Position numbers and translations under genes: made by a program
Shown here: one piece after another, positions 22,206 through 31,669 of the stretch
How positions within the stretch are numbered: the first letter of the stretch is position 1
Layout: each line of letters begins with the position of its first letter
The notes under the pieces: generated by a model
Told to the model about the DNA's origin: nothing
What the model saw: only the letters and a program-made list of their open reading frames with translations
Databases searched by the model: none
Assembly (NCBI GenBank): GCA_963665115.1
Contig: OY762007.1
Location: 2,912,001-2,976,000, forward strand
Length of the DNA stretch: 64,000 nt
Source of the DNA: an uncultured Rivularia sp.
GTDB lineage: Bacteria > Cyanobacteriota > Cyanobacteriia > Cyanobacteriales > Nostocaceae
Reading direction: 5' to 3'

Positions 22206-22645
22206 ACGCCTGTGTAATTGTTTTAAATTTCTAGGTGTAATAGGTGCTTTCGATTAACTTCCGTATTTTACTTTCAGTTATCAGATTAGATTAGAACTGT
22301 GGTTTCTACCGTTTCGAGTTTTATTAAAAAAAGTTAGTTTACTCAAACTGTATTTAGGTCACGTATATTAAACCAAATTTCTGTCAGTAAAGTTATTTCG
22401 GCTGTAAATATAGCTACTTGCTATACACTTAGGCAATCAAAGTATTTCACACTATCGCGTTTACTACTAAGGTGTTGATGAGTCGTTGTGCTTGTCTTCT
22501 TGAACTTACAGGTATTATTTTCTGAGTAAGTAAAACTTTCTGGCTCATGCTGGGATTAAATACAAGAAAAGGGTTGTAATTAATTCCGTAAGTAAACCTT
22601 TAACGATTTATCTCACTACCATCTCTCGAAGGAATCAGATTATGA
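22201..22645 (+). pseudogene. Degraded lasso B2 leader peptidase
   Basis: Fragments IRLELWFLPFRVLLK, AVNIATCY..QSKYF, TTKVLMS, AHAGIKYK..VVI and RFISLPSLEGIRL* align with the intact B2; start is ATT instead of ATG; several frameshifts. Confidence 0.85.
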
Positions 22646-24672
22646 GCGGTATCGTAGGTATTTGCTACCTGGATAAAAGTCCTGTAGAACAACAAAATAT
22701 AGCGCGAATGATTGATACATTGGCGCATCGGGGACCTGATGGTGCAGACATCTGGGTAGATGGTTCTGTGGGCTTAGGACACCGGATGTTATGGACTACT
22801 CCTGAGTCTTTGATAGAAAAACTGCCTTTAGTCAATCAAAGGGGCGATATAGTTCTTACTTCTGATTGTCGCATAGATAATCGCGAAGAGTTGATTGCTG
22901 CATTACAGTTAAATAATCGTTCCTCCGAGAAAATTACTGATAGTGAATTAGTTCTGGGTGCCTATGAGAAATGGGGTGAAGAATGTCCGGAACATTTGTT
23001 AGGTGATTTTGTCTTTGCCATTTGGGATAAGCGAAAACAGACTTTGTTTTGTGCTAGAGATCATATGGGGGTTAAGCCATTTTATTATTTCCATCAGCCG
23101 GGTAAACTGTTTGCTTTTGGTAGCGAGATAAAAGCGCTGTTATCTTTGCAGGATGTACCGCGAAGGCTGAATGAAATTAAGGTAGGCGACTATCTAGCAT
23201 CAAATTTTCAAGATAAAGTTGAAACCTTTTATCAAGATATCTTTCGTCTTCCACCTGCGAGTTGTTTAACTTTAAATCGGAAAGGATTGCAAATTCGTTC
23301 TTATTGGTCTCTCGATCCAGAGCGCGAATTATGTTTAAGTTCTGATGAGGAGTATGCAGAGGCATTGCAGGAAATCTTTGCAGAATCAGTACGGTGTCGG
23401 TTGCGTAGCGCTTTTCCTGTAGGTTCTCATCTCAGTGGTGGACTGGATTCTTCTTCTGTCACCTGTATGGCACGGAAAATTTTAGAAGAAAAGAATTCTA
23501 AGTTACATACTTTCTCTAATATATTTGATACAGTTACTCAATGTGACGAACGCCCTTTTATCGAAGCTGTACTTGCTCAGGGCGGAATGAATCCTCACTA
23601 CGTCCACGGCGATGAACTCGGACCTCTATCAGACTTAAAACGAATCTTTAAATATCACGACGAAGTATTTTTTGGTCCCACTCATTTTCTAGTTTGGGTA
23701 GCCAACCTTGCAACAGAGAATCAAGGTATCCGAATTGTACTTGATGGCTTTGACGGCGATACCACAATTTCTCACGGTGATGGTTATTTTACCGAACTAG
23801 CACACAAAGGACAATGGGCTGCTTTTGCCAAGCAAGCGAATGATATTGTTCAACGTGCGGGGGGTGGTTCACCTTTAAATATTCTGAGGAGTTCTGGTCT
23901 TACTTATGTAGAAGACTTAGCACGAAAATCAAACTGGCTTGGTTTTGCCAAAGAAACTCGTCAGATATCCAAATACTTTGATATCTCCCAGCAACAGATT
24001 CTTGTGCAACATGGCTTAAAGCCATTGATTCCTGAGTCTGGGCGGCTAGCTTGGCGAAAACTACGCGGACACAATGAGCCGATGCTTAACGCCAATTGGC
24101 TATTTAACCGCAGCTTTGCTCAAAAAATCGGCTTGAAAAAACGTATTAAGGCTTTAGATGAATCTCAGTCTCATCTTCCCGTGACAGAAAGGGAGTATCA
24201 CTGGCGTTATCTAACTTGGGGCTTAGTCGGGTATGCGATGGAGACGTTGGATAAATCATATGCAACCTTTTCAATCGAAGCCCGTCATCCATTCATGGAT
24301 AAACGATTAATTGAATTTTGTCTCTCCTTACCGCCGCAGCAAAAGCTCAACCAAGGATGGACTCGCTTAGTTATGCGCCGTGCCATGCAGAATATTCTTC
24401 CCGAACAAGTGCAGTGGCGACAAACTAAATCTAAAATGACTGCTAGCTTTATACATGGGCTACTCAATCTAAACCGTCAGGTGTTAGATGATTTGATGCA
24501 AAATCACCTTGAGCCAATCGCTACCTACGTAGATATAAATGCTCTGCGTCAAGGCTATGAAAAATTGACATCTAGTAGCAAGATTGGTTCTTATGAAAAT
24601 TCCATATTAATTGAAATATGGAAAGCAGTTACCCTTAGCTTCTGGTTGCGTCACAGCCAGATTGAGTATTAA
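22642..24672 (+). CDS. Lasso peptide cyclase (isopeptide bond-forming, AsnB-like), copy 1
   Basis: MSGI N-terminus (no catalytic Cys1), HRGPD, SGGLDSS, DGFDGD, PFMDKRL; flanked by B1 and precursor. Confidence 0.92.
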   Translation: MSGIVGICYLDKSPVEQQNIARMIDTLAHRGPDGADIWVDGSVGLGHRMLWTTPESLIEKLPLVNQRGDIVLTSDCRIDNREELIAALQLNNRSSEKITDSELVLGAYEKWGEECPEHLLGDFVFAIWDKRKQTLFCARDHMGVKPFYYFHQPGKLFAFGSEIKALLSLQDVPRRLNEIKVGDYLASNFQDKVETFYQDIFRLPPASCLTLNRKGLQIRSYWSLDPERELCLSSDEEYAEALQEIFAESVRCRLRSAFPVGSHLSGGLDSSSVTCMARKILEEKNSKLHTFSNIFDTVTQCDERPFIEAVLAQGGMNPHYVHGDELGPLSDLKRIFKYHDEVFFGPTHFLVWVANLATENQGIRIVLDGFDGDTTISHGDGYFTELAHKGQWAAFAKQANDIVQRAGGGSPLNILRSSGLTYVEDLARKSNWLGFAKETRQISKYFDISQQQILVQHGLKPLIPESGRLAWRKLRGHNEPMLNANWLFNRSFAQKIGLKKRIKALDESQSHLPVTEREYHWRYLTWGLVGYAMETLDKSYATFSIEARHPFMDKRLIEFCLSLPPQQKLNQGWTRLVMRRAMQNILPEQVQWRQTKSKMTASFIHGLLNLNRQVLDDLMQNHLEPIATYVDINALRQGYEKLTSSSKIGSYENSILIEIWKAVTLSFWLRHSQIEY

Positions 24673-24813
24673 AACAGGTGCATCCCCAATATATATCTAA
24701 CTTCTATTTGTATTATTATCTCATTTCTATCTGTACTCTTATTAAAGCGGGGTATTTCCCAAAAGGAGTACCTCTATCGCGAAACACAAACAAAAACCAC
24801 AGGAATTCAAACA

Positions 24814-25005
24814 ATGAAGAAAACTTACGAAGCACCCAAACTCACCAACCACGGTACAGTAGCTCAAATGACCAATTTCTTTGGTAAAGGAGATGGAGAC
24901 ACTTTAATTGGTCCAGGTCCCAATGATGACACAGGTAACCCTGGTGGTTCCATCGATGCTTGTGCAACATTCGACCAGGGCAACTGCTTCGGTAAAGATA
25001 ATTAA
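24814..25005 (+). CDS. Lasso peptide precursor A1 (21-aa leader + 42-aa core)
   Basis: Leader YEAPKLTNHGTVAQMT matches Y-x-x-P-x-L-x3-G-x5-T; AGGA RBS; core Asp at positions 6 and 8. Confidence 0.9.
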   Translation: MKKTYEAPKLTNHGTVAQMTNFFGKGDGDTLIGPGPNDDTGNPGGSIDACATFDQGNCFGKDN

Positions 25006-25030
25006 TTAAGTTTATGAAAGAAGCAAGCTG

Positions 25031-25368
25031 TGCAAATTTGACTGCAACTCGAATGTACATTAAAGGCTTACTTCTGACAAATTCAGCATTACCGAACAAG
25101 TTCTAATCTAATATGAGTACAATACTCATGCTTCAGGGAATTCATCTAATTTGATATCTGTATCTACCATCGAGAGTTCAAAGTCTGAATCAATTCACTT
25201 TGATAAAAGACTTTGAACCTCGACACCTAACAAAGCAATGTCGATTAATTCGTACCAATTTATTTGCTTGAGAAGTCAAAGTAAGCAATTGTAAATTCGA
25301 CTGCAACTCGAATGTACATCTAAAACTTAACTCTGACAATTTCAGCATTACCGAACAAGCTCTAATCT
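25031..25368. repeat. 79-bp direct repeat pair (25031-25109 and 25290-25368)
   Basis: Ungapped alignment, 69/79 identical by manual count, 259-bp period. Confidence 0.9.
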
Positions 25369-25553
25369 GTCCTCAATATAGCATTAATTAATTAAGTTGC
25401 AGGTGTAATTAAATACGTCTGGCTACTGCGTGATGTCTTTTTTTAGAAGTTAATTGAATTTAACATCCTACTTAAGACAGAAAAATCATATTTTTATCTA
25501 AACAATATCCTTACTTTCTACCTCTTAAGCAAGATGTAATTTACCAATTAAAT

Positions 25554-26489
25554 ATGTTCACCTATTCTGCCTACAATCTTCGTATTGACTCTGAAATTTT
25601 CTTCTCCGAACTTGTAACTTCTCAGGAGGACTTAAGCCGAATCGAACAACTACCCCAAATAATCATACAGCAACGTGAAATCAATCGCTCAGAAATTAAA
25701 AATGCGAATGGTGGCGATCGCTTTGTAGGATATTTAGAAATAAATAAATTACAGTCGTGTAGGTTTTTAGTAGAATTTGGTCGCAAGATTGTGATTGAGC
25801 CTGTCTTAGGAATCGCAGACAATATTATTCGTCCCTGTATTCTCGGTCCGATATTTAGCGTACTGCTGAGGCAAAGAGGACTGCTGGTTGTCCATGCTAG
25901 TTGTGTTGGTATTGATGATGAAGCTGTTGCATTCCTTGGAAATTCAGGATGGGGTAAGTCAACCTTGGCTAATGCTTTTTATAACCAAGGATATCCCCTA
26001 CTTACCGATGATGTAATGGCAATTGAGATTAACAAAGGAAATGAAAGCAATGCAATTACTTTTCCTGCTTATCCCTGTGTGAAACTGCTGCCAGATTCGG
26101 CTGCCAGTTTAGGATACGATTTTGAGGAACTAGCTGTAATTAACTCAGGTTTACTCAAGCGTCATAACAGTCTTACTGAAAAATTTGTACAAAAGCCTTT
26201 ACCCGTCAAGCGAATATACGCATTAGAAAATATTGCAGCCCCTCGTCATGAAGTGCAAACGCTTTCTTCTCAAGATGCACTTGTAGAATTGGTTCGTCAT
26301 TCTCGTGTTACGAATTTATTGACTACTCCTGAATTCACTAGTGCTCATTTGCATCAATGTACGCAACTGATAAAAAAAGTACCTGTTTATCGTTTGAGAA
26401 GACAAAAAACGCTAGCCGCACTTCCCGATTTAGTAAAACTTATAGAAGATGACGTTGCCAAAAGTAATCGTGTAATATCATATACCTAA
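25554..26489 (+). CDS. HPr-kinase-like lasso peptide kinase (PadeK-type), copy 1
   Basis: HAS, Walker A GNSGWGKST, LTDD. Confidence 0.85.
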   Translation: MFTYSAYNLRIDSEIFFSELVTSQEDLSRIEQLPQIIIQQREINRSEIKNANGGDRFVGYLEINKLQSCRFLVEFGRKIVIEPVLGIADNIIRPCILGPIFSVLLRQRGLLVVHASCVGIDDEAVAFLGNSGWGKSTLANAFYNQGYPLLTDDVMAIEINKGNESNAITFPAYPCVKLLPDSAASLGYDFEELAVINSGLLKRHNSLTEKFVQKPLPVKRIYALENIAAPRHEVQTLSSQDALVELVRHSRVTNLLTTPEFTSAHLHQCTQLIKKVPVYRLRRQKTLAALPDLVKLIEDDVAKSNRVISYT

Positions 26490-26583
26490 AAAAACTTGTT
26501 GTAAGCTAACTTAGCTACTTGCTAGAGATAACTTATTTGAAGTTTAATAACTAATTTCTGTATCGATAAAAACTATTCCAACA

Positions 26584-28398
26584 ATGCAAGCAGGCAAATT
26601 AAAAGAAAAATTCCAAAGTACGCAACGCCTATTGCCTGCTTTGCGACTGGTTTGGCAAAGTAGCCCTCGCTGGACGATCGCCCGCGTAGTAATTTTGATT
26701 GTTCAAGGTATTCTGCCTGTAGTGGGAATTTATCTGGGCAAACTAATTATAGATACAGTAGCAGCCAGCCTCACTACTGCCGATAAAACCGCAGCTTTTA
26801 ATAATGTAATATTTTTCGTTATCTTAGCAGCAGCAATCGCCCTATTAACTAACCTTGCTAACTCCCTCGGACAATTAGTTACTACCGCTCATTCCCAGCG
26901 AGTAACCGATTATATGCAGGGAATTATTCAAGCGAAATCAATTGCGGCAGATTTAGAATACTACGAAAATCCCGTATACTACGACGTATTACAAAGAGCG
27001 CAACAAGAAGCGCCTTACCGACCTCCGCAAATCCTAAATCGTTTGGCACAGGTTGGTCAAAATGCGATTACTTTAGTTGGGATGATTGCTTTACTGCTGT
27101 CGCTGCACTGGGGAATACCCGGTGTTCTTTTTGTTGCATCCTTTCCGGCTATGGTAGTGCGAGTAAAATATTCTCAGATAATGTATCGCTGGCAGCGCAA
27201 AAAAACACCAATGGAACGTCAGGCAGCTTACTTGGGCTATATGCTGACGGTAGACCAGTTTGCTAAAGAAATTCGTTTATTTAATTTAGGTTCTCACTTC
27301 TCTCAAGCGTATCTTCGCATCCGCAAACAGATATATAAAGAAAGTCTTGCGATTCTAACCGGACGTTCTTTAGCTAGTTTTGCAGTTGAGGCGATCGCCG
27401 CTATTTTAATTTTTGCAATTTATTCTTATATTATTTATCAAACTATCAACGGTGTGCTGCGTTTGGGGGATTTAGTCCTGTACTATCAAGCGTTGCAGCG
27501 GGGACAGGGCAATATCAAAGGTTTATTGAACAGTTTATCTGGACTTTATGAGGATAACTTGTTTCTGGCGAATCTCTACGAATTCCTTGATATTAAACCC
27601 AAGTTAATCGATCCTCCCAACCCCGAACCAATTCCTCATCCAATGAAAACTGGGATTGAATTTAAAAATGTCGGTTTTCAATATTCCACAACTACCCGTC
27701 AGGCACTTAAAAATATTAACCTGACAATTAAACCTGGGGAAGTAGTAGCCTTGGTGGGGGAAAATGGTTCAGGTAAAACTACTTTAATTAAACTTTTATG
27801 TAGATTGTACGACCCTACCGAAGGCAGAATTACCATCGATGGTATCGATCTAAGTCAATTTAAAACTGAAGAATTACGCCGTCAAATCAGCGTGATTTTT
27901 CAAGACTATGCAAAATATCACTTTACTGCTCAGGAAAATATTTGGTTGGGAAACATAGATTTACCACCGCAAAGCGACAGCATCATTAAAGCAGCACGGC
28001 GTTCTGGTGCGGATGATGTAATAAAAAAATTACCCAAAGGTTACGATACCATCTTGGGTAAATTATTTGACAAAGGCGAAGAACTTAGTATTGGACAGTG
28101 GCAAAAAGTTGCTTTAGCGCGGGCATTTTTGCGAGATTCCCAGCTAATTGTTTTGGATGAACCCACCAGCGCAATGGACCCCAAAGCAGAATATGAAGTG
28201 TTTGAAAAGTTCCGCCAATTAATTAAAAATCAATCCGCGATTTTGATTAGCCATCGCTTATCTACCGTGAAAATGGCCGATCGGATATACGTCATGGATA
28301 ATGGAACAATTGTCGAAGGTGGTACCCATCAGGAGTTGATGAAGTTGAAGGGTACCTACGCTCATTTGTTTGAAATACAAGCTAGTCAGTATATGTAA
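26584..28398 (+). CDS. ABC transporter, fused permease/ATPase (peptide exporter type)
   Basis: TM domain, GENGSGKT, LSIGQWQK, LDEPT, ISHRL. Confidence 0.92.
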   Translation: MQAGKLKEKFQSTQRLLPALRLVWQSSPRWTIARVVILIVQGILPVVGIYLGKLIIDTVAASLTTADKTAAFNNVIFFVILAAAIALLTNLANSLGQLVTTAHSQRVTDYMQGIIQAKSIAADLEYYENPVYYDVLQRAQQEAPYRPPQILNRLAQVGQNAITLVGMIALLLSLHWGIPGVLFVASFPAMVVRVKYSQIMYRWQRKKTPMERQAAYLGYMLTVDQFAKEIRLFNLGSHFSQAYLRIRKQIYKESLAILTGRSLASFAVEAIAAILIFAIYSYIIYQTINGVLRLGDLVLYYQALQRGQGNIKGLLNSLSGLYEDNLFLANLYEFLDIKPKLIDPPNPEPIPHPMKTGIEFKNVGFQYSTTTRQALKNINLTIKPGEVVALVGENGSGKTTLIKLLCRLYDPTEGRITIDGIDLSQFKTEELRRQISVIFQDYAKYHFTAQENIWLGNIDLPPQSDSIIKAARRSGADDVIKKLPKGYDTILGKLFDKGEELSIGQWQKVALARAFLRDSQLIVLDEPTSAMDPKAEYEVFEKFRQLIKNQSAILISHRLSTVKMADRIYVMDNGTIVEGGTHQELMKLKGTYAHLFEIQASQYM

Positions 28399-28411
28399 GG
28401 TTCGTATTTAG

Positions 28412-28467
28412 GTTCGTAGTAAGGACTTTAGTCCTCTGGCTTTGGGACTAAAGTCCTTACTACGAAC
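28412..28467. repeat. Perfect 23-bp inverted repeat (REP-like palindrome)
   Basis: GTTCGTAGTAAGGACTTTAGTCC ... GGACTAAAGTCCTTACTACGAAC. Confidence 0.9.
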
Positions 28468-28617
28468 AAAAAAATGATTATATAAAGACGTAACAACGTC
28501 ATTTTAAAGAGTATATAAAGTGTAAAAAAAAACATAGTACTATCACTATATTAAAGACTATATTTAATACAGCAGAGCAAACAAGGCCAACCAACTAGCA
28601 TTCAACAGTTACAGAAA

Positions 28618-28935
28618 ATGACTTATCCACAACCTGACGTGCGCGAAATTGCAGAATCATCAATAGTAGTAGCTGCTGAAGAGCAAATCTCTTCCGACCT
28701 TGGCGGCGAATCAGTTATCCTGAACATGAAAACAGGAGTCTACCACGGTTTAAATGAAGTGGGTGCGCGGGTGTGGGATTTGATTGAGAAGCCAAAAGCT
28801 GTGAAAGAGATCAAACAGGTACTCCTCAAAGAGTACGAAGTTGAGCCAGATGTTTGCACCAACGACCTGTTCTCACTATTAAATAATTTAAAAACCGCAG
28901 GGCTAATTAAAGTAACAAATGAAACTGCTGCGTAA
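28618..28935 (+). CDS. Lasso peptide B1 / PqqD-family RRE (copy 2)
   Basis: SDLGGESVILN...G.YHGLNEVGARVWDLI. Confidence 0.92.
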   Translation: MTYPQPDVREIAESSIVVAAEEQISSDLGGESVILNMKTGVYHGLNEVGARVWDLIEKPKAVKEIKQVLLKEYEVEPDVCTNDLFSLLNNLKTAGLIKVTNETAA

Positions 28936-29356
28936 GCTTTGGAATCTGAGAAAAGTTAATTTTTACTTCTTATTTGTTACTTACTTTTTACTAGGAGCAA
29001 TTCGGTTAGGGTTGCTGTTGCTGGAATTTCGCATCTTATTAAAGATAATAAATAAACTTATTACGATAAATTTGCCACTCCCTAATGCTCGTTTAAGTCA
29101 AATTCTTTGGGGTGTCAATGTTGCAACCCGCTATATGCCAGGTGGTGCAAAGTGTTTAGCAAGAGCTTTAACTACTCAAGTATTGATGAGTCATAGTGGT
29201 TTTCCCCCGGAATTGTGCATAGGGGTTGCTAAAGGAGAGAAAGGAGAATTAGAAGCGCACGCTTGGATTAAATATCAGGGATACGTTGTTATCGGTTATC
29301 TACCAGATCTACCACGCTACATTCAACTACCATCCCTTGAAGGAATTAAATTATGA
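28919..29356 (+). CDS. Lasso peptide B2 leader peptidase (transglutaminase-like)
   Basis: Catalytic motifs AKCLARAL and AHAW; overlaps B1 and is coupled to the cyclase by ATGA. Confidence 0.92.
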   Translation: MKLLRKLWNLRKVNFYFLFVTYFLLGAIRLGLLLLEFRILLKIINKLITINLPLPNARLSQILWGVNVATRYMPGGAKCLARALTTQVLMSHSGFPPELCIGVAKGEKGELEAHAWIKYQGYVVIGYLPDLPRYIQLPSLEGIKL

Positions 29357-31281
29357 GCGGCATCGTAGGTATTCACTACTTTGACGAACGTCCTGTAGAC
29401 CGCGAAAACTTAACAAAAATGGTTGATATATTGGCGCATCGCGGCCCAGATGGTGCAGATATCTGGGTTGATGGGTGCGTTGGTTTGGGACACAGGATGT
29501 TATGGACTACTCCCGAATCACTTATAGAAAAGCTACCTTTGGTAAATCAGAGGGGCGATTTAGTAATTACAGCAGATGCTCGGATTGACAATCGCGATGA
29601 ATTGATAGCTGCTTTACAGATAAATAATCGTCCTGCTGATAAGATTACAGATAGCGAGCTGATACTGGCAGCATACGGGAAATGGGGCGAAGATTGCCCA
29701 AAGCATTTATTAGGTGACTTTGCATTTGCGATTTGGGATCGGCGTAAGCAGATGTTATTTTGCGCTAGAGACCATTTTGGGGTGAAGCCTTTCTACTATT
29801 ACTCTGCTAACAATACTTTTGTTTTTGGTAGCGAGATAAAAGCAATCTTTTGTTTACCAGAGGTTCCTCGTGAGATTAATGAGGTAAAAGTTGCTGAGTA
29901 CTTATCTATAGAAACAGACGATAAAAGTATCACTTTTTATAATGACATTTTGCGGCTTCCTCCTGCCTGTAAAATGATTGTAAAGAGTAAAACTGTGGAA
30001 TTACAGTCTTATTGGTCTCTTGATTTTACTCGCGAGTTGCGATTGAGTTCGGACGAAGAATATGCAGATACTTTCCGTAAAATCTTTACTGAAGCAGTAC
30101 GCTGTAGATTGCGTAGCGCTTTTCCTATAGGCTCAATGTTAAGCGGTGGCTTGGATTCTTCGTCTATCACCTGTGTAGCACGGAAGTTCATCGCAGAGAA
30201 AGAAGAAAAAAATAAATTACACACTTTCTCAGCAGTTTTTGATAAAGTAACCGAATGCGATGAGCGTGTTTTTCAAGATGCAGTTCTTGCCCAAGGAAAT
30301 ATTGAACCGCATCACTTTCATGCTGATGGATTCAGTCCTTTAACCGATTTTGAACAAGTTCTTTGGCATCAAGATGAAGCTTATTCTGCTGGTAACTTAT
30401 ATTTAAATTGGAATCTTTATAAACCTGCTAGAAAAAATGGTGTTCGCGTTATTTTAGATGGATTTGATGGAGACAGTACCGTATCTCATGGTTTAGGATA
30501 TTTAACTGAATTAGCCAGTAAGGAGCAATGGTTTCAATTAGCTATACATATAAGAAATTACTGTACAAGAATAGGTAAACCTTGGCAAGAAGACTTATGG
30601 AGTTGGATATGGGTTTATAAAATTAATCCTATTATTTGCAAATCTCGCATTCTTACTAAAGCATGGCGCAAATCACAAAAATTGTTTCAAAAAAATCAAC
30701 TTCAAAAACCAGCTTGGAGAAGATTAATTAATTCAGAATTTGTTAAGCAAATTAACTTAATTGAGCGTCTAAGAAATCAACCAAATCCCCCAACAACCGA
30801 ACGGGAAACACAATACCGTTGTTTGATGGAAGCAGGTATGGTTCGTACTCTGGAAAATTTAGATAGAACAGCAAAAGCATATGGAATTGAACTTCGGTTT
30901 CCTTTCTGGGATAAGCGGCTTATAGAATTCTGTCTATCTTTACCTCCGGAGCAAAAGATATCAAAGGGTTGGACTCGGATGGTAATGCGTCGAGCGATGA
31001 AAGATATCCTACCGCAAAAAGTGCAATGGCGAGTCGGTAAATCAAATATGCATCCAGGATTTGAAAGAGGATTGCTCGAATTTGAGCGATTGCGCTTAGA
31101 GCAAATCATTTTACATAACCCGAAAGTAATTGAAAAGTATGTAAATATCGCTGCCCTACAGCAAGCATATCACCGCTACCTGTCTAAACAAGCAACAGTG
31201 GAAGAAGTTAACTCTATTTGGAAAGCTTTTTCTCTAGCTCTGTGGTTAGAACACAAGAATTTGCCAAAACAGAGCTTGTAA
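29353..31281 (+). CDS. Lasso peptide cyclase, copy 2
   Basis: MSGI, SGGLDSS, DGFDGD, PFWDKRL; paralog of 22642-24672. Confidence 0.92.
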   Translation: MSGIVGIHYFDERPVDRENLTKMVDILAHRGPDGADIWVDGCVGLGHRMLWTTPESLIEKLPLVNQRGDLVITADARIDNRDELIAALQINNRPADKITDSELILAAYGKWGEDCPKHLLGDFAFAIWDRRKQMLFCARDHFGVKPFYYYSANNTFVFGSEIKAIFCLPEVPREINEVKVAEYLSIETDDKSITFYNDILRLPPACKMIVKSKTVELQSYWSLDFTRELRLSSDEEYADTFRKIFTEAVRCRLRSAFPIGSMLSGGLDSSSITCVARKFIAEKEEKNKLHTFSAVFDKVTECDERVFQDAVLAQGNIEPHHFHADGFSPLTDFEQVLWHQDEAYSAGNLYLNWNLYKPARKNGVRVILDGFDGDSTVSHGLGYLTELASKEQWFQLAIHIRNYCTRIGKPWQEDLWSWIWVYKINPIICKSRILTKAWRKSQKLFQKNQLQKPAWRRLINSEFVKQINLIERLRNQPNPPTTERETQYRCLMEAGMVRTLENLDRTAKAYGIELRFPFWDKRLIEFCLSLPPEQKISKGWTRMVMRRAMKDILPQKVQWRVGKSNMHPGFERGLLEFERLRLEQIILHNPKVIEKYVNIAALQQAYHRYLSKQATVEEVNSIWKAFSLALWLEHKNLPKQSL

Positions 31282-31500
31282 AAATATGTATGAAATTTAT
31301 CCTATCAAGAACCCGGTTTTTTTACTAATTACACAACAAAAAAATTATGGTTTGACTAAAAAACCGGGTTTCTTAAGATTTATTAATCCAAGATATCAAT
31401 TTAAATCAAGTTATAGAACGTTTTACTTTACGTCCAATCTTTATATGAAGCGAAATATAATTCGCACCAAAAATCTCGTAAACAATAAGGACTTCAAACT

Positions 31501-31669
31501 ATGAATTCTCAAATTAAAAAGTCTTACATCGCACCTGAATTGACTACTCACGGTAACGTTGAGGAAATCACTTTACAAGGGGTCTTTACAGAATGCAGAT
31601 GTACCTAACGGACCTAATGGCACTGCTAACTGTTTTGCAGGTAGTACAGATCCATCTTGTATCTCATAG
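31501..31669 (+). CDS. Lasso peptide precursor A2 (not in ORF track; +1 frameshift in G-run 31579-31582)
   Basis: MNSQIKKSYIAPELTTHGNVEEITL leader with AAGGA RBS; removing one G gives core QGSLQNADVPNGPNGTANCFAGSTDPSCIS*. Confidence 0.85.

Noticed and set aside
24678..24887. 69-aa ORF overlapping the A1 start, and the similar 72-aa ORF at 31286-31504
   Set aside because: Low-complexity AT-rich frames crossing spacer or palindromic DNA, with no motif; the real genes are the precursors
25031..25368. CRISPR array
   Set aside because: Only two 79-bp copies separated by 180 bp; no regular repeat-spacer pattern and no cas genes in the window
22642..31281. Asparagine synthetase (asnB) annotation for the two large ORFs
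   Set aside because: N-terminus is MSGI without the glutaminase Cys, and the genes sit with B1/B2 and leader-bearing precursors, so they are lasso cyclases
31501..31608. A2 as a genuine 35-aa precursor with core QGVFTECRCT
   Set aside because: A ten-residue core with Glu6 only cannot form a typical threaded lasso; the +1 frame gives a canonical core
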